Of a stretch of DNA of 64,000 bases, positions 25,643-52,975 are shown in pieces. Within the stretch, counting starts at the first letter, position 1; the number at the start of each line of letters is the position of its first letter. The notes below the pieces were generated by a model that saw only the letters and a list, made by a program, of their open reading frames with translations, ran no database searches and was not told where the DNA came from. Source of the stretch: Enoplolaimus lenunculus (taxonomy: Eukaryota); the NCBI GenBank assembly GCA_030248215.1, contig JASANG010003338.1, forward strand, positions 310,001 through 374,000, given 5' to 3'. Position numbers and translations under genes: made by a program.

Positions 25643-28600
25643 ATGATAGGTCGTTATCCTGTAGTATTAGCATCATTTTGTCTTTGCGCATGTGTTTTAA
25701 TTATCTTACTTTATAAAAATTCAAGTAGCTGTACTGCGAGACCGCTCCTGAAGCATATTACTGAAGCTATTCCAGCATATAGTGGTAAGTGTGGTAGAAG
25801 CATCAATGTAAATTCCAATGAGTTGATTAATCAATTCAACTAGCGAGTTGGTTATTTCTGAGTTAATATCAGTAAACATTAACTCACTCTCAGTTGAGTT
25901 GATTTCCACTCTAAATTTAGTTGACTCTGGGTGAGTTGATTAATTAACTCAGATTGAGTTGAATCAACTCAAAATTCTGAGTTCTGACAGTCCTAACTCA
26001 GACTGAGTGATTCAACTCATTCTGAATTAAAATCAACTCACTGAAATTTACAGTGATCTTAATGCAGGGGCCACAATACTCCCGTTCACTCTGTAGATTT
26101 TTGCCTCGGCAATTGACACATGTAAATGAGCCGAATAAGAGGGTGGTAATAAGAGGAGGTCCCCCATTATGAGTCCTAATCCCAAAAAATGTCAATTATC
26201 CCTAATTGTAGTGCTTAAATAACTTCAGGACGAAATAAAATTAAGTTCGAAACTCATTCCTATTAAGTATAACATTACATTATGGCTCAAGATTTTGAAA
26301 CAAAGCAAACGTTTAATTCAACAGATAATTGGAATACCGGATTTATATCAGTAACGACAGGTTAAAAATAAATAACAGTCCTTAGCCAAACAACCGGTGT
26401 AGTACCCTCTGAAGTGGCCTAATAAATATCAGCCTCCCGATTTGCTTCGGGTCACTACAGTAGGCAGTCTGTCTAGTTTTGACTTTTCATTTTGTACAGC
26501 TAATGTCCCCGCAATGACAACTCTAGTTCAATGTTTTGCCAACTCAATATCGTTTTAAAATCTTTCGTATTAATTTTTTGATAGTACTGTAGTGACTGTT
26601 GTGACTCGAATAAGAGGGGGACTGGTAATTGGCCTCTTCAAAGAGTACCCCCTGTTACTCAGTTACGGACTGTAATTTGTTAAATGACCCTCTACCGCTC
26701 TTCATTACTGGTATGTATCCGGTTTTGCAACTATCTGAATTAAACGTTTATTTGTCTTGTATCATAAACTTGAGCGATAACACAAGGTTATACTTACGAA
26801 TGTACTTTCAAATCTTAAGTATGCTTTATAGGTTTCGACTCAACTTTATTTGGTTCTGGAGTAATTTATTCACTACAATTAGAGATAATTGACATTTTGA
26901 ACTCTAATTAGGGTTTAGGGACTCTATCAGCTTACGAACTCTTGTTAGGAATATGGACTTCTATTGATTGGGACTCAAAATAAAAACCTCTCTTGATCGG
27001 GTCACTCACTACAGTAGTTGTCAACGATTTTCTGAAATTTACTATGCTAATAATTTTCTTTACATATTTAGTTTTTAATCCACGCTCGCTACTCACATCA
27101 GTGGTTGTTTCAATTGAAACTTTTCGTTTTACAAGCAGCCCCTGAAAGGTCAGGGAGAAGGAGTACGCAACTGATATCGTTTGGTAAAAATCGCTACGAA
27201 AAATATAACGGGTGCTTACATTGCTTACACTGCACTTTGGTACAGAATGGTCCGCAGTTTTAAAACTACACTATACTTTGACATTTAGTTGATACACTGC
27301 AAAAAATAGTGAGTCAAATTGACTCTTTCCGAAATAGCCTTTTCTTGACTACACAAACTGAGTCAAAATTCGATTCCGCCAGAGTCAAATCTGATTCACT
27401 GAATCGCTCAGTGGGTCGAATTTGACTCTGGCGGAGTCGAATTTGACTCAGTTTGTGTAGTCAAGAAGAGCCTATTTCCGAGAGAGTCAATTTGACTTAC
27501 CATTTTTTACAGTGTAGCCGCTCATGGTAGATCTTGCAAAGATTACGCGGCAAAAAGGGAATCAACGTGTCGAGGGAACTAAACGGGTGAAGAATTAAAT
27601 CAGGACGGATTTTACTCTATCAGCATCTTTATTACGGCTAAGGAAAAACACTACGACATCAAATGTTAGTTTTAAAAAACTATACTAGAAGGAAACTGAC
27701 ATTCCACGCATGAAACTACATATTTAATTCGACTAACCTCCGGCTTCGGAAAACTTGGTCGTCCTCTGGTTTCGGTATTTTATCCATCAGATTACACTCT
27801 GAAGCAATAATTGCTTTATTTGTCATTTTGAAAATGAGCATATTAAAATCGTTTCGTTTCATTGAACACAGCCATGAATTAAAATACCATAAGTACAATT
27901 TTAGTTGAAACAGGTTGTTCCAGAGTTAACATATTTTCCAATATCTTAATTTCAGATGAATTTTTCAGTTTACTGCAAAGTTACTTCAAGAACTGTATGA
28001 TTTTTTGTTCTTTATGTGTTTTTCTATTTCAGCAAGACTACGTCCACTGAGCAACGATGATTTTAATGTGATCAGGCATAAATTACTGTATCCACCATTT
28101 CCACCAAACACCGTTCTTTACTATGGCAGCCCAATTCGAACGATATTTGAAAAATCCAAATTGTTCTACTGTGGAATTCCGAAAAATTCTCATACACAAT
28201 TTTTAGGTCGGCATTTTATTGTTTTCGGCTTGGTGATTTTTAAGCTGGTCAATGAACAGGCACGGGCGAAACGTTAATTTACTACTAACAAATTGTTGAC
28301 TTGCATTTTCAAGGAATGTGTTTCACTACAAAAAACCGTTTTGGAAGTTGATGTCAGAAACGCGAAAAACGGTTAAAATAGCATTTTATTTTAGACACGA
28401 GTCCTTATATTAGCTTTTAACCTTAACTTTGTATAAAAATTCATATTTCAGCACTGGCCTGCACAGCGGAGCTTAATTTGCGGTATGAAAACTTTCATAA
28501 AAATCCATTCGCAGTGTATTTTACTGAAGAATGCAAAAAATCGTACAAAACTGCACCAGAATATTTATTGGATGAAAAGTTAGTAAATCATTAAAGCCCT

Positions 28601-31600
28601 ATTCACACGTGGAACTTTTTGCTATGAGAACTTGCAGCTGCAACTTGCACTTTCAAGTTTTGTCCAAACCCGTTCTAAAAACTTGCAGTTGCAAATAATT
28701 CATTAAAAATCACTAGGAATTTAGTTTATATTTGTAAATCACTATGCAAGTTCCCTGGGTGAAAAAATGCACGTTCTGCGTTAAATTTGCAGCTGCAAGT
28801 TCTCCAGTAAAAACTTGCACGTGTGTATAGGGCTTAACTCTTGCTCATAAAAGAACAAAGTTCACCTCTGTTGAGCATGTTTAACTTTTGAAAAACGAAT
28901 CGTTTCAGGAATTATTGTTGTTCACGACTGTAAAAACAAAAATTCGAAGCAGATTTGTACTGTAGTGACCCGAACAAGAGGGGGAGCTGATATTTATTTG
29001 GCCTCTCCAAAGGGTACCCCCCTTGTTATTAAGTTACAGACTGCTATTTATTTTTAACCCACGCTCCGCTGCCCTTTATTACTTATATATATCCGGTATT
29101 GCAATTATCCGGTGAACTAAACGTTTATTCGTCTTGTGTCAATAGCTTGAGCGATAAACAAGGGTATACTTAGGAATGTACTTTCAAAATTTAAGTACAC
29201 TTTAAAGTTTCGAACTCAAGTTATTTGGTCCAGGAGTCATTTATGTGCTACAATTAGGGTTATTTGACGTTTATGGACTCTGATTAGGGTTTAGGGACTC
29301 TATTCGCTTAAGGACTCTTATTAGGGATACAGACTTCAATTGATTCGGACTCAAAATGGGAACCCCCTCTTATTACCCCTCCCCCTCTTAATTCGTATTT
29401 TGGGCACCATTGTAGGTGATTTTATATCGGTATTAAGCAGAAGATTGCATAGATTTTGTTAACGTATTGCGGAACAAAAAGTTTTTAGTTCAGTTGCGAC
29501 ATTTTTCAGCGACTACCGTATTGTGACACGAATAAGAGGGGTGGTCCTTTTGAGTCCCAATCAATAGGAGTCCGTATCAATAATTACAGTCCGTAAGAAG
29601 ATAGACTAGCTTAACCCCGATTAGAGCACATAAACCAATTGTCCTAATTGTAGTAAATAAATGACTCCAGGAGCAAATAAAGTTCTATTCGATTCTTTAA
29701 AGCATACTTAGGTTTTGAAAGTAACTACGGTATGTTTTCTATGGTTGCATATGTTGCAACCAAAATCGACAATTTGTTTTAGTAGTGAATCTCACCGTAG
29801 ATGCATAATATAGCTATATACTTATAATTCTCAGTTAAGCAGTACCATATAGAGCAATAGAGTCCTATACATTTGAAAGACAATGATGAACATTGCTTAA
29901 GATTATACAAACACCCTCCATGACATTTTCTGTTTTTTTGCCAGTTAGACACTTCTGAAATAAAAATTCTGATTATATTCATTGTCATCTTATAGATTTG
30001 TTTTTGTTTTCAGACTTGAGTCAATATGGAATTCCGACGAATGGCACAAACTTGTAATTGTCCGACATCCGTTAGAACGGTTTATATCCGGTTATTTAGA
30101 CATTTGTCTTCGTCAAAGACATAAATGTTACGCGTGTGGTCATGATATTCATTGTTTTGCGCGACATACATATCAAACGATGACCGGAATAATACAACAT
30201 CAAATTAAATTTGAACATCGAGATTTTTCAACAAATCATTTTTACCCGCAATCGTGGTACTGTGAATTTAGTAATATTGTAGAACCGGAGCGATATCCAA
30301 ATATTGGACGTTTTACAATTTTAAAGTATAACAAGTCGACTGAATTTAAACAACTGGTCAGAAAAGTTCTGCTCGAATTTGGATTTCCGCGTAGATTGAT
30401 CTATTCCGGATGGGGAAATAACGGGTATGTTTATCAACACCTACTGTAGTGACCCAAATAAGAGGGAGGACTGCTATTTATTTGGCCCCTCCACAGGGAA
30501 CACCCACTGTTATTCGGTGACGGACTGTTATGTATTTATAACCCACGCTCCGCCACCCTTCGCTGAAATATATCCGGTACTGCAACTGTCCGTTGAATTA
30601 AACCTTTGTCTTGTGTCAATAGCTTTAGCGATAAATGCAAGGTTAGGAATGTACTTTCAAAATTTAAGTAAGCTTTAAAGTTTCAAACTCAAATTATTTG
30701 GTCATGGAGTCATTTATGTGCTACAATTAGGGATAATTGACATTTATGGACTCTAATTAGGGTTTAGGGACTCTATCCGCTTACGGACTCACTCCTATTG
30801 ATTGGGACTCAAAATGGGGACCCCTTCTTATTACCCCATCTTATTCGGGTCACTACCGTATTTGGCACAGTTTCGGCCAATGTAAAAAACAGAGGCGGAT
30901 CAGTATTATAAGCATACTCCTAAGCTTAAGCTAAGCAAAAATTACCGTAAAGCTCTTAAGCTTAATCTTTTCTAGTCCCGCAGAAAAACGTTGCGCCCCG
31001 GTTCTTTACATGAGCCCCAGTTTCGATTCCGTAACTTGAAACTGGTCGCAAATTCAACCCACTTCATGTACAAACGTTTTACCCCTTAATTAAGAAAACC
31101 TTTAATCTGGCATGTTGCATGTCCTGTAAAATTCTTACATGCCTCTCCTGAAAAGTTAATATGCCTTCACTTAGCTTGTTAAGCTAACTACGGGCTTGCC
31201 TTGGTAACTTGGTTGTTCCAACAACCAGTTCTTCTTCAGAACAAACTGAAAAAAAAGGAAAACCAAGTGACAAAGTAAAGGTATATATACTTAGGTTCGG
31301 GCGTAGGCTTGACCGATCCATTGGCAGACGGAAGCATGGGGGATAAGCCCCTTTGTAAGTAGCCAAATGCGCACTTTTGATTTCCTTTGTTGCGTGTTCA
31401 GGGGTTGTCGACACCCAAACCCCACACAAAGCAATTCATTGTTTGAGCAAAAATTCTTTTAGCCCTGAGAACGTAGTTGCCTATAGGCAACTCAATGTGA
31501 GACGGGGTTATAGATAGTAAACTGAAAATTTTTCGCTTAACCCTTTCTCACATGAATATTTTCTATTTTTCCGAAGACATACTTTTATTTTAGGATTCGA

Positions 31601-32980
31601 ACTCCAGTTATTGGAGTGGGAGGCGTATACCATCACCACTCAGCTATAGGAGCTTGACGCTCGAGCCCGAGGGGCTCTCACGTCTTGTGGCGATTTAGTA
31701 CTATGTATACGTGTTGCAATTGTTAAACACGGTGCGATATATATTATTTAATGTATATATACACTGCGTTGAGTTGCGTATAGGCAACTCAATGTGAGAA
31801 GGGGTTAAACATTGCGGTGTACCAAACACATTTTCAAACAGCTAAGCCTTAGAAATGATACGACTAAGAGTGCATTTGACCAGGGGCGTTGCCAGGATTT
31901 GGTTCCGGACGGCAGCCTAATTTTCCAACGGAAAACTCAATATATTATTTAAAATATATGGAGCAACGTAAAATAAAATTTTAGTACAAAACAAACGGAC
32001 AATTTTACCCGACCCGTAAAGCGAGGGTGTAGCAAAATTTTGTTTTCCCAGTCTTATTTTTACGCAGATATCCAAATTTTGGAAATACCAATTTTTAGGG
32101 TAACATCCGAATTTTCCAAAATCCCACATTCCCGGGTATAATAACCAATATCCCAAAATCCCTAGCGAAATAGGCTGCGCCCAAAATGCCAATTTTCCGT
32201 GTAATATCCGAATTTCCCGGGTAATATGCCATTTCCCAAGTGAAAAAGGCTGCACCCAAAATCCTAATTATCCGGGTAACATCCCAATTTCCCTTGTAAT
32301 ATCCGCGGATTTTGGAAGAGATCTCTTCAGTACATGGGCCAATTAACCTATCATTCTGGGGGACAGAGTTTAACCGCATTTCCGTTTCCGGTAAAAATCG
32401 GTGTCCGTTTCCGTTATAGAAATAACGGAAATTATTTTCTACATTCAAAATTATTTATATCACGTAAGTCCACATATGTTAGTTTTCATTATTGATGATG
32501 GAATAGTTCGAAATTAAATAAAAATTACGAAATTCATAAAAAATCTTAAAAATATCGACGCATCCACCATTTTGTTGGCAGAAAAAAATATCTTTGATAT
32601 TTTTATACTTCAATAATACGTTTTCCAATCCCGTTATTTTGATCGCAATCCGTTTTCATCAGTTTTACGATCCATTTACACCTATCATTAGTGTAAAATT
32701 TCCAGGGGTAAAATACCAAGCTGGGAATTTTTCTGGGGGGCGAAATCTCTATATAAAAACATTTTATAACAAATATATTTTCAATGCAAAGTAAAAATAT
32801 TCCATGAAAAATTTCAGCAGCGATTCATTCTTACAACCATCAACAGCTCACGCCTCGTCAGCTCACGATTTTAATTATCGTTTGAAACAAATCATTGACA
32901 ATTCAACGACACTGAACTATATTCATCAAACATACGCCATTGACTATATGAATTTTGGTTTCGACTTTGTTTACCAATAA
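25643..32980 (+). CDS. Golgi type II membrane carbohydrate sulfotransferase, tandem copy 2, 351 aa
   Basis: Exons 25643-25784, 27956-27994, 28033-28206, 28452-28578, 30014-30424 and 32818-32980. Exon lengths (142/39/174/127/411/163) and motifs match copy 1, with no stops or frameshifts. Confidence 0.92.
25808..26045. repeat. Cluster of GAGTTGA / TCAACTC direct and inverted motifs
   Basis: The motif recurs many times in both orientations just inside intron 1 of sulfotransferase copy 2. Probably a TE remnant. Confidence 0.6.
26122..26462. mobile_element. MITE-A diverged, internally deleted copy (reverse orientation)
   Basis: CCGAATAAGAGGG near the start; ends TTCGGGTCACTACAGTA. Confidence 0.82.
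26585..27016. mobile_element. MITE-A full copy
   Basis: TACTGTAGTGAC ... GTCACTCACTACAGTA, with short duplications inside both TIRs. Confidence 0.88.
27293..27516. mobile_element. MITE-B: near-fully palindromic (foldback) TA-flanked element
   Basis: TA-CACTGCAAAAAATAGTGAGTCAAATTGACTC ... GAGTCAATTTGACTTACCATTTTTTACAGTG-TA; arms of about 105 bp with almost no spacer. Confidence 0.85.
28595..28834. mobile_element. PIF/Harbinger (Tourist-like) MITE
   Basis: TAA|AGCCCTATTCACACGTG ... CACGTGTGTATAGGGCT|TAA. Absent from the paralogous intron near 18895, which has a single TAA. Confidence 0.85.
28958..29412. mobile_element. MITE-A copy, right TIR degraded
   Basis: Starts TACTGTAGTGACCCGAACAAGAGGGG; body colinear with the other copies. 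Confidence 0.88.
29514..29732. mobile_element. MITE-A short deletion derivative
   Basis: TACCGTA ... TACGGTA termini enclosing about half of the element. Confidence 0.78.
30442..30860. mobile_element. MITE-A full copy, 17 nt downstream of the exon 5 donor of sulfotransferase copy 2
   Basis: TACTGTAGTGACCCAAATAAGAGGG ... CTTATTCGGGTCACTACCGTA. Confidence 0.9.
30875..31016. mobile_element. MITE-D (GG-terminated, 8-bp TSD, Merlin-like) with CCTAAG/CTTAAG telomere-like core
   Basis: GGCCAATGTAAA ... TTTACATGAGCC; flanks ACAGTTTC / CCAGTTTC (7/8). Confidence 0.7.
31541..31804. mobile_element. piggyBac-like MITE containing a tRNA-derived segment
   Basis: TTAA|CCCTTTCTCACAT ... ATGTGAGAAGGGG|TTAA. 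An extra copy of the right end lies at about 31475-31510. Confidence 0.72.
31592..31654 (-). pseudogene. tRNA-derived fragment / SINE head (tRNA-Gly-like), not a functional tRNA
   Basis: The minus strand reads GCTCCTA-TAGCTGAGTGG (A box) ... CGCCTCCCAC ... GGAGTTCGAATCC (B box). The anticodon and acceptor stems do not pair. Confidence 0.55.
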
Positions 32981-34210
32981 TACTTTCAATACAACGCAAT
33001 AACACAAATGCTTGTATCTTATTTACATGAAATCATAAGCGCAATTACCGGTAACGATGTCGCAATTACGCATTACAGTATATATCGTAGGGTAATGTAC
33101 TTTCAGTCCAATTAATACTAATTAACCTACGCCAAACTGCTGTTCTTGCGCAGTGATCAGATTAATAGCTTACGCCAAATGTCATTTTTATCAACTTTAA
33201 AAATAAAAACAGGAATAATTAGCTTTTCATCACAGCGCGTGTGAACAGTATATACTTTATATTAGCCGAATTTTGGAACTGATGTAGATTACGATAAAAT
33301 TTTAGCAACAAAACACAAATACTTAGCTCGTTTTATCTGTGGAGAAAAATTTGCAATGAAAAGTCAGAAAAACATAATTGTAGCTGAATGGAAGTTTTTC
33401 GGCTTTCAAGTATTAGCATACACTATTAGCAATTATTTCTAAAACACGAGGCAATTTTCTACCATTTTAATAGTTAAATTCAGTCAAACGAGACATTCGA
33501 CACATTCGCGTGAGAAAATAAACATTGGTACATATACCATTAAAGCAATGTCGGCTCAGTTAATAGGAAAACATCGGCAACAGCTAGTGTGTGGGAGCGA
33601 ATGGTCATCTTAGTTTCAACTTATGAAAAATGAAATTTTTAAAAACCATTGGAGGGCCATGGCCCCATTGGCTACGCTCTTGGTCAAGATATATTTGTTA
33701 CACTTTTACAAAAAAAATTGCGATTGTAGGGGTGTCATCAGAAGCTCAAATATGCAAGGCCCCAGCTATTCAACACTAGTGAATGTAAAGTAGTTCAGAG
33801 ATTAATTTTGCAGACAAGAAAATCGGATATGCTTTCAACTACATTATATTCGAAACCAAACATCGAGCAGAATATAGCAATGTGGATGTACACAGATACA
33901 GTTCAGAGAGCAAATCAAAACACTGTTTAACATAGATAGTTTTAGTTTCGTGATTACACATTATTTTATGGTTTTATGAGCGCTTTGAACGCAGAAAATT
34001 TTTTAATTACCTTATTAATAATTGCAAAAACACTCATTTCGAAGTAAGAAATAACAATTTTGCAAAGACAAAGTTTCCAATATTGAAATGATTCCAACGC
34101 AGCACATTCTATGGGTTTTTCAAATACATGCAGCGCGGAGTGTAGTAGTTGTAATTTAATTATTCAGTAATCATCGGCACACAAAGTTTTTTGTAAGTAT
34201 ACGTATAATC

Positions 34211-48986
<14,776 letters not shown>

Positions 48987-51787
48987 TTTATCAGGTTAGT
49001 AACTATATTTATATATTTATATACAATAAATGTGATATACGTAGGTACTATACTATAAATTAATGATGTCGCGGGGCCTCGCCTCGGCTCATAAGGCTTC
49101 AACACCGTGGACAACACGTTACTTGCAGAGGCTTACCGGGCGGAGTTTTTATATGCAATTCTTAATTGACTCGCATGAAAAACAATCCGATCACTCGGTT
49201 CTAGTCGGAAAACTGTAGAAATCACAAAAATTACTGTACACGGAATTTTTATTTTCCCAGGGATTGCTGTACACACTACACAAATATCACGGTGCAACCG
49301 GAAAGTTATAAATACATGCCACCGAAAAATTCATTTTTAGTTGCTGTTAAACTAGGGATCGTACCGAGGGAGTTTTGACACAGTGTGATTTGCCTCGAGC
49401 CTGCTCGAAGGGCATGGAGACAGTAGCCAAGTGAAAATAAATTAAAACATAAATTTGGGAAACGTGTTATTAGTTTAATTGTATGAAGCGGCAATTCAAA
49501 GCAGATATAAATATCCAAAAGTTTTGTTAAAAAATCTTTTTATTTTCGGTAATGGTTACAAATTGACCGAGACCGAGACCAAAAGTCTAGGTTCGGTCTC
49601 GGTGTCACTTTTTTGACCGAGACAGCAAATGCCTGATTGGCACTGCAAAATTGCCCATACTTTTTGTGCATAAAAGTGAGTTGGAATACTATCAATTTCC
49701 CTAGTTGGTGTATATTAGTGCGTCTGACCAGAAAAGCTGTTATCTCTGTTGCGTTTACGTGCGAAAAACTAATTAAGATCATTCGTTCTCATTAAATTAT
49801 AATCTTTTATGGTTGTAAGTGTTCAAGTCTAAAGATAGTTTACCTTAGCTTCCATGTACAATGGTTTGCCAATAGTTACTGTTAACAACTCTTCTAGGAA
49901 TTTTTTATCATATAAGCACGATTGACCTCATTTCTTTCTTAAAGTACGACCGCAACATGTGAACAATATAATAAGGCTAAATTAAATTGGTTTTGTACCG
50001 GTGATTATTTCTGGCCGGCCCCTTATCATCTACTATTTCTATATCACTGGTACTTCACTTAATTATAATGTATCGTGCTTGTAATATATCTTGGTTTATT
50101 TATTTATTGTTTTCAAAGCATTACTTTGTTAACCTATGTTTCTGTAAGTTAAGTAGGCTAGGGTACGACGGTTCTAGTTCTGAGTGCTCAGCAACTAAAA
50201 ACGAGAGACGTTCCCAGGAGTGTTCGAATTCGGTGGACAGATTAGCTACGCCGCCTCACAATCAACTGCTGAGTTTTTCTGTTTTTATGCCTTATAAGAA
50301 CCTCTACATTACACATCTTGGTTCTTCCAATGAAGGCACTACGTAACATATGCATCACTGATTTTACCGGTGTACACCACCATCAGCATGAGTTAATTAG
50401 TTTTCTCCTTGCATCCACTTGTTACACCAGCAAATGAAACGCAGTACGCCTTGCTTCACACGCACGAAGGCACATGACGGAAGAAATTCCTGAGCCTTTC
50501 TGTTTGGCTGTTGTACCGTGTCAGTAATAAAATATCTATCTATTTATCTAACTATCTATCTATCTATCGTGCATTAAAATTGGTATCGTCATCGGTATCG
50601 GCAGTCCACCCTTTCCACAGGAAATTTTTATCAAACAGATACATGCTTATTCAATTTGCTTATGTGTATAGCTGGCAATCAAATTATAGGCCTTACTTTA
50701 CTAGTGTGAAGCACATAGCGGGTTTCTCGAGCATATCCAATAGAGGGTGTATTATGGTGTCAATTATTTGATCAATAAATCAAGCAAAAATGCTTCCTTG
50801 TGTAAATCCAGGTTAACTCTGAATTTTCAAAAATTTTGTTAAAAACAAAACCAATTTTGTTACAGTTGAATTCACGGCAGCACAACTTTCGCTTAAAGTT
50901 TTCACAAAAGTTGCGTCCCCACCTCACACTGTCAGTGGAACACTCCATGTCCAAGTGTCCACGTACCGTCAGGTGGTTTATCACTTCAATACACGCGCCG
51001 AAAACCGAAAAAATAGCTAAGCAATTAAATATTCCTACTTCAAATAAGTACGTTTAAAAACATAAACCTTCAACTTAAAAGTGGTTTCGGACCTGTTTTT
51101 CGTTCGTTAGCTCGCTGGTAGTTAAACGTTTTAAGGAGCTTTTTGTTACTTAATACCCGGCATCCATCAGCCGTTGCGAGCGCAAATTGCTTGAATCAAA
51201 CAATAAGCGTAAAGCGAGGCAGAAATGAAAAAAGGTGTTGACCCACGTTAACCATATCTCGTCTATTACTTGCCTATGCTTTTCAATGCCAGACAACGTC
51301 TGGATTGCTGAGACATGACTTAAGGCCAATTTATAAACTTTTTCACAAATATATATTTCTCCTCGGAAAGATCACGATAGCGTTGCATTCCCTCCATAAA
51401 ACCAAACTGAAAGCGACGGGAATACGATACCCTGCAAGATTTTCTTTCGGAAAACTTGTGCTAGTTTTATATTTCTGCGATTTTGATGCATATATTTCAA
51501 AAAACTTCTACGCAAATAATACTGGAGCCACTCCGTTGTGTTGCCGCAATTGCAACAATAAGACTGTCCTTCTGCAGATCTATCTGTGTGGGACCGATGT
51601 TGAGAATATTAACGCTACAACGGCTTTTAAAAACATATTTTTTGTTACTAGAAGCAGGCAATCGCTACAAATGACTGTATATTCGGAAACCTTCGGATTT
51701 CAAAGCCTTTGCACCTGTAGCATTTACTTTTACACAATCTCGACAACACCTGTTTTGATTATGTTGCGGCTTCTGAAACTATGTTAC

Positions 51788-52229
51788 TACTGTATTGACC
51801 AGAATAAGAGGGGGGGGGGGTAATAAGAGGGTCCCATTTTGAGTCCGAATCAATAGGAGTCCGTATGCCTAATAAGAGTCCGTAAGCGGATAGAGTCCCT
51901 AAACCCTAATTAGAGTCCATGAAGATCAGTTATTCTTAACTGTAGTGCATCCAGGACCAAATAATTTGAGGTCGAAACTTTAACGCGTACTTAAATTTTG
52001 AAAGTAATTCGTAAGTATATTCTTGTACTATCGCTCAAGCTATTGACACAAGACAAATAAAAGTTTAATTCAACGGATAATTGCAGTACCGGATATATAT
52101 CAGTAACGAACGGCAGCGGAGCGTGGGTCAAAAATAAATAACAGTCTGTAACCGAATAACAAGGGGGTATCCTCTGGAGAGGCCAAATAAATATCAGCCC
52201 CCCTTCCTCATATTCGGGTCACTACAGTA
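51788..52229. mobile_element. MITE-A full copy (reverse orientation)
   Basis: TACTGTATTGACCAGAATAAGAGGGG ... TATTCGGGTCACTACAGTA. Confidence 0.9.
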
Positions 52230-52649
52230 TGTGGTTTTGAGTCTGTATGATCCGTGATATATTTTGCTGGACAGTATACTTCTCGAGCGATTATGAGGGG
52301 GAAAACTTGCGCGAAGTTAACTAAATTTTGCTTCCGCGGAAAAAATAGCGGCAGCGTAAACTCGATCTTTGACTTTATGTAAGTTAAAGCCGTATTAAGT
52401 GCATCTTGCACCTATCACCAGCTACTTTACTAGTCGGTTTCCAAACTAACCAACTGCTACAATTACAGATCAAAAATATGCAAAGAAGTGGAGTAAAATC
52501 GATTGCAACAAATGTGCTAAATATTAAACCTTGGTGCTACACATTTGATAACACGGGCTTAGGACTTTAAGCTGTAGAACACAACCGAAATTCGTAGGTC
52601 TCAGATTAAAAGTCCCAATAGCTTAAACTTAAGATAATTCATATATAAG

Positions 52650-52975
52650 TACTGTAGTGACCCGAATAAGAGGGGCTAATAAGAGGGAGTCCCCATTTTG
52701 AGTCTCAATCAATAGGAGTTCGTATCCCTAATAAGAGTCCGTAAAGCGGATAAAGTCCGTAAACCCTAATTAGAGTCCGTAAATGTCATTTAATATCCCT
52801 GATCGTAGTGCATAAGTGAATTCAGGACCAAATAAAGTTGAGTTCGAAACTTTATAAAGCGCACTTAAATAGTGAGTCGAATTTGGCTGTGACGGAGTCC
52901 AATTTTGACTCAGTTTGTGTGGTCAGGAAAAGCCTATTTCGGAGAGTCAATTTGACTCATTATTTTTTGCAGTGT
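52650..52975. mobile_element. Chimera: one half of MITE-A joined to the right arm of foldback MITE-B
   Basis: 52650-~52860 matches MITE-A; ~52860-52975 matches the 27293-27516 element and ends TTTTTTGCAGTGT. Confidence 0.8.

Noticed and set aside
31592..31654. Functional tRNA-Gly
   Set aside because: A and B boxes are present, but the anticodon and acceptor stems do not pair.
51305..51823. 172-aa ORF
   Set aside because: No recognisable family, and it ends inside a MITE-A copy.
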